From the NCBI GenBank assembly GCA_016188475.1, contig JACPHT010000008.1:34489-98488 (forward strand): a stretch of 64,000 bases of DNA. Direction: 5' to 3'. The notes under the pieces were generated by a model. It searched no databases and was not told the origin of the DNA. It saw nothing but the letters and a program-made list of their open reading frames with translations. A program made the position numbers and the translations under genes. Below are positions 43,183 to 52,280 of this stretch, piece after piece. The DNA is from Candidatus Uhrbacteria bacterium. Its GTDB lineage: Bacteria > Patescibacteriota > Patescibacteriia > UBA9934 > GWF2-40-263. The stretch's first letter is position 1, and every line of letters starts with the position of its first letter.

Positions 43183-43899
43183 ATGACAAATAAATTATTT
43201 TCTAAATCAGTATTTTTTGGCGTTCTGACTGTTATATTCTTAGTGAATCAGATTATTCTGATAAGTGTCAGCAACGCCATGGGTACTGGTATTCTCCGAA
43301 GTAAATTGATGACATATGTTGGAGTGAGAGAAGCATCGGCAATGGAAATCATGATGCCAATTCTAAACCAAGACGGAAAGACAACTCACTTACAAATGAT
43401 GCCTACAATAACTGAAGTCCTTGGCGAAACAGGTTCAAGCGACACTGTTGCGGACGCTATGCGCGTCATGATTGCAAAAGGAACTCCGTTTTACGCTCCG
43501 GAAGGTGTCAGTTTTGACGATCCGATAGCATCACTTGAAACTTGGGGAGGGTATGCTGAAACAACTCTCACTGACGCGCAAATGGAACGTTACAATCGTA
43601 TTATCGGTGCGTTCACATGCAACTTCTGTTGTGGAGAAGCAACGTCGGTCACAAGAAACGGACAGTGTGGATGCGCGCACGCGAACGCGGCTCGTGGATT
43701 CTTCAGATACATGATTCAAAACTACGGCGACACATATTCAGACGACCAATTGTTTGGCGAAGCATACCGATGGCAAGCGATATGGTATCCGTCAGGCGTT
43801 GTTGAAGATTATATGCTTGGAACAGGAAGAGGAAATGTGATTGGGCACAAAACTCACGGCGGAGCAGGCGAAGATGGAATGCATGGAATAAAAAACTAA
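43183..43899 (+). CDS. Secreted hypothetical Cys-rich protein (CNFCCGE...CGCAH)
   Basis: ORF with N-terminal TM. Confidence 0.35.
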   Translation: MTNKLFSKSVFFGVLTVIFLVNQIILISVSNAMGTGILRSKLMTYVGVREASAMEIMMPILNQDGKTTHLQMMPTITEVLGETGSSDTVADAMRVMIAKGTPFYAPEGVSFDDPIASLETWGGYAETTLTDAQMERYNRIIGAFTCNFCCGEATSVTRNGQCGCAHANAARGFFRYMIQNYGDTYSDDQLFGEAYRWQAIWYPSGVVEDYMLGTGRGNVIGHKTHGGAGEDGMHGIKN

Positions 43900-43953
43900 A
43901 AAACACTTAACTACCGATCGGTAGTTAAGTGTTTAGGTCTTCATTTTACTATT

Positions 43954-44355
43954 ATGATCAAGTTTCTGTTTCCTGCTGTAATTATTTTAATCGCAACCGG
44001 ACTCATTGTGTCCGCAACAAAAGAAAAAACTCCAAACGTCTCTGTTGATTCAACACATGTTGATTTTAGCGAAATCATCCAATCGCAAGGGCTTGTTTCA
44101 GCGATCGTCCGAGTCTCAAACACAGGCAAAGCACCGCTCAAAATCAATCGTCTTTCAACAAGTTGCGGATGTACAACTGCCAAAATGGATTTGTCCGATC
44201 TTGCCTCTGGTGAATCCCGCGAAATGACAATCACATTTGATCCAATGGTCCACCCTGACGAACTTGGTCCGATTGTTCGCGCTGTTTATCTTCAAACGTC
44301 AGACCAGGACGAACCAGAAATACAAATTGACGTCACAGGAGTCGTAAAAAAATAG
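43954..44355 (+). CDS. DUF1573-like secreted protein
   Basis: STSCGCTTAKMD block. Confidence 0.45.
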   Translation: MIKFLFPAVIILIATGLIVSATKEKTPNVSVDSTHVDFSEIIQSQGLVSAIVRVSNTGKAPLKINRLSTSCGCTTAKMDLSDLASGESREMTITFDPMVHPDELGPIVRAVYLQTSDQDEPEIQIDVTGVVKK

Positions 44356-44359
44356 CCTT

Positions 44360-45640
44360 ATGAAAATGACAAAACGTTATTTATCGTTGCTTGTGATTGG
44401 AACGCTTATTTGGTTTGGATCACATACAACACTCACACACGCATCTGAAGAAAACAACATTAAACTTTCGACAAGTTCCGTTAGAAGCGTCGCTTATAAC
44501 GGAACAAGCTCAGAGAATAACGTGGTGGTTTTCTTTAACGAAGCTTGTCAGGATTGCGCTGAACTCGTGAAAAAAACTTATCCTGAATTTTTCGCAGAGT
44601 ATGGATACACACTCGAACTTAAAGATTATATCAATGACAAAACAAATCGCACTGAATTGACACAAATGAACAAAGCTTGGGACGTGCCTTTCTCACTTCA
44701 AAGCCATATCGAAACATTTGTTAACGATCGGCTTCTGATCGGCGGGCATGTGCCGCTTCCAATGATAAAATTCTTGCTTGAAAATCCTGATTCGTACCAA
44801 AAACTTCTTGTGTATCAAGATGAAATGCACGGGGATGCGATGAATTATCAAGCGTGGAATTTCTCCGGCGATATAAAAACGTACAAGATCGATGAACCGA
44901 TCACAACTTATCTGGCAGAACAGCCAACAGTTTCCGAATCAACACAGATCAAAACTCCGCAAGGATTTTGGTCATTGTTTGCCGTTATAAGCACGTCCGC
45001 ATTTTTGGATGGACTCAATCCGTGCGCGTTTGCTGTGTTGTTATTCTTTATCGCGTTTTTGTTCACAATGAAAAAAACAAAACGCACTGTTTGGAAAATG
45101 GGCGGAGTCTATATTGCGGCAATTTATCTCGCTTACTTATTGATTGGAGTTGGACTGGCTCAAGCATTTCTTCTCACGGGTTCTCCACATTTGATGGCGC
45201 GTATCGGATCGTGGCTTGTAATCGCGCTTGGAGTAATTCAAGTGATAGGAATTATCTTTCCAACTTTCCCGATTCACCTTCGTATTCCGCTTGATACAAA
45301 AGCCACGCTTGAACACTGGATGTATCGCGCCACAATTCCAGCCGCGTTTATCGGAGGATTTCTTGTTGGGCTTTGCACGTTTCCATGCTCTGGAGGAATT
45401 TATGTTGCGATCATCGGAATGCTTTCAAGTCAGACCACTGCGTGGTCAGGATTTTTCTGGATGCTTTGGTATAACGTGATGTTTGTAGCACCACTCATAA
45501 TACTTTTGTTGATCGCGGCAAATCCTCGCATGACTGAACGCATGCAACTACTCGAACGCGCTGAATCAAAATATGTTAAACTCTTGATTGGAGTATTTAT
45601 GATTCTCCTTGGCGCCATCATTCTATTTTTCTTCACATAA
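44360..45640 (+). CDS. Thioredoxin-like domain (CQDC) fused to CcdA/DsbD-family transmembrane thiol-disulfide transporter
   Basis: FFNEACQDCAELV. Then LNPCAFAVLLFF, a CcdA-like Cys in TM. Confidence 0.55.
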   Translation: MKMTKRYLSLLVIGTLIWFGSHTTLTHASEENNIKLSTSSVRSVAYNGTSSENNVVVFFNEACQDCAELVKKTYPEFFAEYGYTLELKDYINDKTNRTELTQMNKAWDVPFSLQSHIETFVNDRLLIGGHVPLPMIKFLLENPDSYQKLLVYQDEMHGDAMNYQAWNFSGDIKTYKIDEPITTYLAEQPTVSESTQIKTPQGFWSLFAVISTSAFLDGLNPCAFAVLLFFIAFLFTMKKTKRTVWKMGGVYIAAIYLAYLLIGVGLAQAFLLTGSPHLMARIGSWLVIALGVIQVIGIIFPTFPIHLRIPLDTKATLEHWMYRATIPAAFIGGFLVGLCTFPCSGGIYVAIIGMLSSQTTAWSGFFWMLWYNVMFVAPLIILLLIAANPRMTERMQLLERAESKYVKLLIGVFMILLGAIILFFFT

Positions 45641-45674
45641 AATTAGTCTTAGGATGACTAATTTCAAATGCTAT

Positions 45675-45845
45675 CTGTAGTAGCAGTTGTGCCATGTTGG
45701 AGTGAGTCAAGGAGGAGTAAAGAAGCCAACTGCTTGGCTTCGTACCTCCGAGACGGGTTGAACGATGTCTGGCTGAAAGCCAGACCGGACAACACCTACG
45801 GCGAAGAGTCCGTTGGCACGGAAACATGGTACGACTGCTACTAAT
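45675..45845. repeat. ~170-nt element closed by a 20-bp terminal stem (agtagcagttgtgccatgtt / aacatggtacgactgctact), containing the gtctggc-tgaaa-gccagac hairpin. A short relative lies at 49912-49985.
   Basis: Shared 3' block CGGCGAAGAGTCCGTTGGCACGGARACATGGTAC. Confidence 0.65.
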
Positions 45846-45857
45846 AACCAATGACTT

Positions 45858-46298
45858 ATGATTTATCTTCCTCTAATTTTAATTCCAGCGATCTTCGTCC
45901 TCTTCACTTTTCTAAAACCAAAAGTTAAAGGTATTGAATTGTGTGGGGTCTGCGCCGCTGTTAGCATCACTTGGCTGATTCTTTTGATTTCTGTTTTTGT
46001 TCTAATCGTTCCAGTTTCACCACTCCTCATCGGAATTCTAATGGGAATGAGCGTGATCGGCGGACTTTCAAAAGCAGAACCGTGGCTCAAAAAACAAAAT
46101 GTACAACATATTCCGCTTATAAAAATTATCGTGATACTCGGCGGACTTTATACTGTTTTGTTCTTGATTGAACAGCAATGGCGTTTGCTGATAATCACAA
46201 TTATAATTTCGATTTTCGCACTCATTATAATTACGCTTCTCATGCAAAAAAGATCGCATAGACATTTGGAAGGACAGAAACATTTAGATTGTTGTTAA
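45858..46298 (+). CDS. Membrane protein (4 TM), hypothetical
   Basis: Hydrophobic profile. Confidence 0.4.
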   Translation: MIYLPLILIPAIFVLFTFLKPKVKGIELCGVCAAVSITWLILLISVFVLIVPVSPLLIGILMGMSVIGGLSKAEPWLKKQNVQHIPLIKIIVILGGLYTVLFLIEQQWRLLIITIIISIFALIIITLLMQKRSHRHLEGQKHLDCC

Positions 46299-46475
46299 AA
46301 TAGACCCCACAAAAAACAGGATTTAGAAATAAGACAAAATTGCGCAAGACGCAGTTTTGGAGCATTGAAAAACCACAGCGGTATCCGTAGATACCGTGAG
46401 GATTTTTCAAGGTGAAAAACAAGTCCTGCACGATTTTGGCTGTTTATCGAGTCCTGTTTTTTGTGGGGTCTATTT
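46297..46475. repeat. ~180-nt element with 24-bp perfect terminal inverted repeats AAATAGACCCCACAAAAAACAGGA / TCCTGTTTTTTGTGGGGTCTATTT, carrying the same structured core as 39103-39174
   Basis: Seen directly. Confidence 0.75.
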
Positions 46476-46514
46476 AAAAAGTCGCTTGGCATTGAAACCA
46501 AGCGACCAGAGACA

Positions 46515-46763
46515 CTACGGACGATGAGTTCGCGAATCGTTTGACGAATCAGGAAGCGATCTGCTCCAATTGAGCATTAAGGTCATCGTCCCGAGGACAA
46601 AAGGCAACAGAAACGGGATATGTTTTCCGGACTCTCCGTAAAACAAATACCAGATGTCATATCCCAGAAACACGAGCGTGAACAGAGCCAGAATCCTTAC
46701 AACGATTTTCATCGTTCCTCCTTTCCGAAAACCAATCTTACTACTATTTTGAGATTTTGTCAA
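46515..46763 (-). CDS. Small membrane protein, hypothetical
   Basis: ORF with 2 TM. Confidence 0.3.
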   Translation of the reverse strand: MTKSQNSSKIGFRKGGTMKIVVRILALFTLVFLGYDIWYLFYGESGKHIPFLLPFVLGTMTLMLNWSRSLPDSSNDSRTHRP

Positions 46764-47928
46764 TCACAAGCATAGCTGTTCCAAGCGCTGTTCCATCATA
46801 AATTTTCTGTTGTAAAACAGGGATATTTGAGATTTCCTTCTGAATATTAACCACCAATCCATCTCGCGAGATTCCACCATCAACCACCAATTCGATCGGA
46901 CGAGTTGGTAGTTTTTTTATTAACCGATCAACATCAAGAGCGAGCGAGCGAAGATAAATCCGAAGTTTGTTCGGACTAGAAAGTAAGCTCGTTACTTTCT
47001 CACCGCTTTTTTCAATTTTGCTTTCCAAAGCAAAACTGACTCCTTTTCGCGTTGGCACAAGAGTCGTAAAAAAATTCAGGTGTAATACAAATCGTTTTAT
47101 TGTCTGCACAACAAACACACCAGTGCCGTAAGTAACTTTTGTGACGTTTGCGCGCGAAACTGGCTGAGAACGAACAGCCGCGTAAGCGCTCGCTTGTTGA
47201 TCTCCACAAACAGCCAAAACAGGAATTGAAAATCCAAGAATATCTTTTTGTAAATTTCCAAAATTTGAGCGAGAAGAAAAAACTTTTGGCAAAATGTCTT
47301 TATGTATTTGAAAAAGCGCGAGCAATTCTTCACTCCATTTTCGTTTTCGAATATCAAACAACAAAGTTCGCGACGCGTTTGTTTCATCTGTGACATGAGG
47401 ATGATTTTCACATAAATTCCAAATCAACCACGAATCAATCGTACCAAACGCTAAATCCTCGCCAGAAACATTTTGTAAAATCCATCTAATTTTTGAAGCG
47501 GAAAAATATGCGTCAGACTTAAGACCGGTTCTCTCACGAATAAAACGTCCGTGAAACTTTTTTAATTTGGCACAAAACGCGCTGGTTCGATTGTCTTCCC
47601 AACCAATCACAGGATAAACTGGTTTCCCTGTTTTTCGATTCCAAACAACCGTCGCTTCTCGTTGATTTGTGATTCCGATTCCTAGAATTTTTTTTGGATC
47701 AACATGCGCATTTTTGACAGCTTTACGCAAAACTAAACGCGAGACTCGAAAAATCTCATTCGGGTCTTGTTCAACCCACCCTTTTTTCGGACGATTCTTG
47801 CTTATTTTTTTATACGACCTCGATTTGATTTGACATTTGTTGTCAAACACAAAAGCCTTGATGCCAGTTGTTCCAACATCAAGAACTAGAACGTAGAAGT
47901 TCTTCAAAGACCTTTTTTGGTTTTTCAT
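46744..47928 (-). CDS. FGGY-family carbohydrate kinase (glycerol kinase-like)
   Basis: N-terminal LVLDVGTTGIKAFVF. FGGY N-terminal and C-terminal domains. Confidence 0.6.
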   Translation of the reverse strand: MKNQKRSLKNFYVLVLDVGTTGIKAFVFDNKCQIKSRSYKKISKNRPKKGWVEQDPNEIFRVSRLVLRKAVKNAHVDPKKILGIGITNQREATVVWNRKTGKPVYPVIGWEDNRTSAFCAKLKKFHGRFIRERTGLKSDAYFSASKIRWILQNVSGEDLAFGTIDSWLIWNLCENHPHVTDETNASRTLLFDIRKRKWSEELLALFQIHKDILPKVFSSRSNFGNLQKDILGFSIPVLAVCGDQQASAYAAVRSQPVSRANVTKVTYGTGVFVVQTIKRFVLHLNFFTTLVPTRKGVSFALESKIEKSGEKVTSLLSSPNKLRIYLRSLALDVDRLIKKLPTRPIELVVDGGISRDGLVVNIQKEISNIPVLQQKIYDGTALGTAMLVIDKISK

Positions 47929-48772
47929 GGTTGTTTATAATTCGATCAAGTGAAAGAAGAAACAGTAAATGCTGTTTTGAATCACTGACAAGTTGCAAAA
48001 CAGGCGCGATCGAATGACAGCCTTCGCTCGTTTTAACACACTCACCAGCGATCGCGATCTCGCGTCCAGTTTCGCGATTTCGCGAATCAGGACTCATCGC
48101 TGTTGCAAGAAAATCCCCGTTACCTGCCGCTCCAGCAACAATTCGTTCATCTCCGCCAAGAAGTCGTGCGATGATATTCATCTCGTCCATGGCTTTTGCC
48201 GCAAGCCATCCTTTTCCATTCCATCCCCAACCAAGTCCTTCTGCGATTCCAAGCCCAACCGCATAGATATTTTTCAAAACAGAAGCAAGCGCGACTGTTC
48301 GAGTATCGCTCACACTTTCAAGTCGAACAGAACTTCCTTGAAACAGTGGCTGTAAATTTGAAAAAACAATTTGATCTTTTGCGCCAAGAACACCAACACC
48401 TGGAAGATCGGCTATCAATTCCTCTGCAAGTATCGGACCTCCCAAAACTCCAAAAGGCTGACCTTTTGACAAACATTCATCCAAAACAGCATCCATTGTT
48501 TTGAGTGTTTTTTCTTCCAAACCTTTTGCAAGAGAGATGATAATTGTTTTCTTGTTTATGAATTTCGAAATTTCTTTCGAGACTTCACGAACAACCCATG
48601 ATGGAACACAAAGAAAAACTATTTCAGTTCCGTTTAAGGACTCTTCAAGCGAGATAGGCTTTTCCATTTTGGATGTATCTTTATCCCAAACGCGAATTTC
48701 CGCACGATCACCAATAACGTGCATGAGTGCGCTTCCAATTTCGCCTATTCCAATGAATGTAACTTGAATCAT
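47879..48772 (-). CDS. gpsA: NAD(P)-dependent glycerol-3-phosphate dehydrogenase-like
   Basis: N-terminal Rossmann FIGIGEIGSA. Size ~300 aa. Confidence 0.55.
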   Translation of the reverse strand: MIQVTFIGIGEIGSALMHVIGDRAEIRVWDKDTSKMEKPISLEESLNGTEIVFLCVPSWVVREVSKEISKFINKKTIIISLAKGLEEKTLKTMDAVLDECLSKGQPFGVLGGPILAEELIADLPGVGVLGAKDQIVFSNLQPLFQGSSVRLESVSDTRTVALASVLKNIYAVGLGIAEGLGWGWNGKGWLAAKAMDEMNIIARLLGGDERIVAGAAGNGDFLATAMSPDSRNRETGREIAIAGECVKTSEGCHSIAPVLQLVSDSKQHLLFLLSLDRIINNHEKPKKVFEELLRSSS

Positions 48773-49875
48773 ATTCTTTTCCCCACTGCCTCTTTTATTG
48801 AATTAAATCCATCGCGACGCAAAAGTTCAACAAGCCCGCGATTGATTTGTCCGATAAGTTGCGGGCCTTGAAAAATCATTCCTGTTGCAAGTTGAACAAG
48901 CGATGCTCCGCGTAGTATCTTCTCATAAGCGTCTTCTGCTGAAAAGATGCCGCCTGTGCCAATTAGAATCAACCTGTCGCCAACTCGTTTATAAAGATAC
49001 TCGATAAGATCATTCGATTTATCAAAAACCGGCCGACCGCTTATTCCGCCTTTTTCAGACGGAACAACATCTGCAGAATTTATTTTTTGACTGTCGCGAC
49101 GCTTTGTCAGGTTGGACAAAATAAGCCCTTGTACTTGATGCATGAGAGCGACATCAACGAGTTTATCAATTTCTTCAAAAGAAAGATCAACCGGCATTTT
49201 CAAAAAGATCGGCTGACGCGCGTGAAGCAAATCTGTTGCGCACAAAAGTTGTTCAAGAAGTTCTGGTTTGGTGAAAGGTTCTCCGCCAAAAGCGTTTGGA
49301 CAACTGATGTTTAGAGTAATGTAATCCGCGATATCCAAAAATGCTTCCATTGCTTTAACATAATCAGCAATGCCGACTTGAACATCACACGTTTTTTGAC
49401 AATTTGTTTTTGCAACACTCACTCCAATCGGAATTCGAAACTTTTTGGTGAATAACCTTTCACGGATAACTTCGCAACCGTCATTTTTCAATCCAAAATA
49501 AACAATCAATGCTTCACTTTTTGGCAATCGCCATAAACGTGGTTTTGAATTTCCTTCGCACGGCTCTCCAGTTACTGATCCAATTTCTGCAAAACCAAAA
49601 CCAACATCCGGAAGAATATCAACTAACAATCCGTCTTTATCAAAACCAGCTGTTAGTCCAACTGGATTTGGAAAATCAGTTCCGCAAACAGTTTGACGCA
49701 AAGATGGATTTTCATAGCACCAAAGCAAACGTGCGATTTTTCTTGCCCACTTCCGCTTACCTATCCAATTTCCAGCAATCGTAATGCTGTCATGAACAGT
49801 CTCCGGATCAAACCTAAAAGCAATTGGTTTGAAAATATGACGATAAACGAAGGATTGAAAATCAGCAAAAAACAT
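48769..49875 (-). CDS. pyrD: Dihydroorotate dehydrogenase
   Basis: GLTAGFDKDG. TIM-barrel DHODH pattern. Confidence 0.75.
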   Translation of the reverse strand: MFFADFQSFVYRHIFKPIAFRFDPETVHDSITIAGNWIGKRKWARKIARLLWCYENPSLRQTVCGTDFPNPVGLTAGFDKDGLLVDILPDVGFGFAEIGSVTGEPCEGNSKPRLWRLPKSEALIVYFGLKNDGCEVIRERLFTKKFRIPIGVSVAKTNCQKTCDVQVGIADYVKAMEAFLDIADYITLNISCPNAFGGEPFTKPELLEQLLCATDLLHARQPIFLKMPVDLSFEEIDKLVDVALMHQVQGLILSNLTKRRDSQKINSADVVPSEKGGISGRPVFDKSNDLIEYLYKRVGDRLILIGTGGIFSAEDAYEKILRGASLVQLATGMIFQGPQLIGQINRGLVELLRRDGFNSIKEAVGKRI

Positions 49876-49911
49876 ACTAAAACATAATAATAGAAGATAT
49901 TAGAACATTGA

Positions 49912-49985
49912 GAGCGGTTTGTGCCATGTCGTAGTGAACAACGGCGAAGAGTCCGTTGGCACGGAGACATGGTACAAACCGCTCC
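49912..49985. repeat. Short hairpin member of the 45675 family (stem gagcggtttgtgccatgtc / gacatggtacaaaccgctc)
   Basis: Seen directly. Confidence 0.65.
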
Positions 49986-50002
49986 TGCAAGGAATCTACG
50001 AT

Positions 50003-50593
50003 CTAAACTGGCGTTTTATAACACACCAAGCATCTTGCCGCGTACTCTGCATCCCCTACAACATATTGTTCATCACCTGGAATCAAACGCTGTGAACGTG
50101 TCGCCACTCTTTCATTGCATGCAGTACAAAGCGCGTAAACTTGAACAATTTCATCAGCAAGCGCGAGCAATTCTGGCATTGAAGGAAACGGCCGTTCCTG
50201 AAAATCAAGATTGAGTCCTGCAACAATCACCTGTTTTCCAGAACGCACAAGTTTTAACACAACCGACGCTAATCCGTCTGAAAAAAAATGAGCCTCGTCG
50301 ATTCCGACGACGCGCACTGATTGAGTATGTTCCAAAATCTCTTCAGCATTTTTAATAATCATTGCTGGTAAAAACGAACCCTCACGCGAGCGAATCTCTT
50401 GGCCAGTTCGAGTATCGACGGCTGGTTTGAAAACACGAACTTCCAATTTAGCGATTTTCGCTATTGTCAACCGACGGATCAACTCCGCACTTTTGCCTGA
50501 AAACATTGGACCGGTAATAACGACGAGGCCTGGTGAGAACATAAAGTTAGAAGCAAGAGGTAAGAAAAAAGAAGAAAGAAGCTGAAGAAGCAA
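50003..50593 (-). CDS. tdk: Thymidine kinase
   Basis: P-loop GPMFSGKS. C-terminal Zn ribbon CxxC...CxxC. Confidence 0.85.
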   Translation of the reverse strand: MLLQLLSSFFLPLASNFMFSPGLVVITGPMFSGKSAELIRRLTIAKIAKLEVRVFKPAVDTRTGQEIRSREGSFLPAMIIKNAEEILEHTQSVRVVGIDEAHFFSDGLASVVLKLVRSGKQVIVAGLNLDFQERPFPSMPELLALADEIVQVYALCTACNERVATRSQRLIPGDEQYVVGDAEYAARCLVCYKTPV

Positions 50594-50608
50594 GAGAGGC
50601 TGGAGACA

Positions 50609-51793
50609 TTATAAACGATGCACTCGAAATATAAAACTTTTCAAATACCAAGCCTCTGGAAAATACACGGAAAGCGGATGATCAGCGGATTGTCGAATCA
50701 CAGCCAAAATATCCAACTGAATTCCGGCTTGAACTGAAGCTCGACGTAACATAAACGCCATATCTTCTTCTGACAAAAAGTTTGAACAACTTGATGTGAT
50801 GAAAATTCCTCCGTCTTCAACCAAACGCATTGCCGCTCGATTCAAAAAATGATACGCCTTCTTCCCTTCTTCAACATCTCTGTTTGATTTAATGAGAGCC
50901 GGCGGGTCCATAATAACCGTAGAATATCGAGCGTCTTGATGCGTATTCAAAAAATCAAACACGTCAAATTTTTCAGTTGTGAATTTCGTTTTTGAAATTT
51001 TGTTGAGCTTCGCATTCTCGTTGCACAAAACAAGCGCTTCTACGGAACCATCAACATTGTGAACAGAATCCGCGAGTCCTTTCAAAGCCGCAATCCCTGT
51101 TCCGCCAGAATATGAAAAAAGATTCAAAACCGAACCTCTTAGCGCGTGTTCAATCAACCATTTTCGCAAATCTTTTTGATCAAGAAAAAAACCAGTTTTT
51201 TGTCCTTCCAAAACATCAGCGACAAATGAAAGACTATTTTCTTTGAAAGAAACAGGGCCATCCAATTTTCCAAAATGAACTTTTGAAAACACCTCGAGCT
51301 TTTCTTCTTTTCGAACAGAAACATCGCTTCGTTCAACAATCACTTGAGGCGAAAAAACTGTTTTGATTGCTTCGATGATTTCATCACGCATCCGATCAAT
51401 TCCCATTGTCGCAATCTGAAACACAATCACGTCTTCGTATTTATCAATGATAAGCCCTGGGATTCCGTCTGACTCGCCAAACACAACTCGAAACGCCGTA
51501 GTGTCTTTTTGGATTATTATTTTTCGACGATCAAATGCTGATCTAATTTTTTGTTCAAACCATTTTTGATCAATTTTTGTTTCTTTGAATTCAAGAACAC
51601 GAACAGCGATCGAAGATGTTTTCGAATATGTCCCTGTTCCGATTATTTTTTCATTCCTATCAACAACATAAACCAAATCGCCGTGTTGAACATCGCCAGA
51701 AACTTTCTCGATCGCGCCTGAAAAAACCCATGGATGTCGAAACCCAACACTTGCTTCTTTGCCTGTTTTAAGTTGAATCGAATGATAGTTCAT
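50609..51793 (-). CDS. PUA-domain class I SAM-dependent rRNA methyltransferase (RlmI-like)
   Basis: Domain order and size. Confidence 0.6.
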   Translation of the reverse strand: MNYHSIQLKTGKEASVGFRHPWVFSGAIEKVSGDVQHGDLVYVVDRNEKIIGTGTYSKTSSIAVRVLEFKETKIDQKWFEQKIRSAFDRRKIIIQKDTTAFRVVFGESDGIPGLIIDKYEDVIVFQIATMGIDRMRDEIIEAIKTVFSPQVIVERSDVSVRKEEKLEVFSKVHFGKLDGPVSFKENSLSFVADVLEGQKTGFFLDQKDLRKWLIEHALRGSVLNLFSYSGGTGIAALKGLADSVHNVDGSVEALVLCNENAKLNKISKTKFTTEKFDVFDFLNTHQDARYSTVIMDPPALIKSNRDVEEGKKAYHFLNRAAMRLVEDGGIFITSSCSNFLSEEDMAFMLRRASVQAGIQLDILAVIRQSADHPLSVYFPEAWYLKSFIFRVHRL

Positions 51794-51827
51794 AATCTTA
51801 CCTTAGTCTATGCTATGATATTGGTAT

Positions 51828-52280
51828 ATGCAAATTCCACAAAACTTTTTATCTTACGAACACAAGACGCTTATTCTTGTCTGTGATAGTTCACACGCAA
51901 AATTCTATCAAGCTTACGAGCGAAACTTCGAACTTATTGAAGAAATTAAAAACGATCGCATGAAGTTGGAAGACACGGAGCGATACACAACTCAAACTGG
52001 TGGCGGAATTCTTTCAAAAGTCGAAGATGAGGATTTCAAAGAACGTGAAACAAAAATATTTTATAAAAAGCTTGCGGGAATTTTGTTTGACCGTTTTCAT
52101 GATGAAAAAAATTCAAAACTAATTCTTGTTGTTCCAGAAGGTGACAAAAATGTTCTTGTTGATTCGCTTCACGAAAAAGTTAAAAAGTCTCTCGTGCACG
52201 CGATCGGAAAACAACCGCCAAAAATTCCAGACGCTCAATTGATAAAATTTATAGATGAAGGACGAAAAAATCCTCAATGA
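51828..52280 (+). CDS. Host-attachment-protein-like (eRF1-like fold?) small protein
   Basis: TLILVCDSSHAKFYQ ... TTQTGGGILSK. Tentative. Confidence 0.3.
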   Translation: MQIPQNFLSYEHKTLILVCDSSHAKFYQAYERNFELIEEIKNDRMKLEDTERYTTQTGGGILSKVEDEDFKERETKIFYKKLAGILFDRFHDEKNSKLILVVPEGDKNVLVDSLHEKVKKSLVHAIGKQPPKIPDAQLIKFIDEGRKNPQ

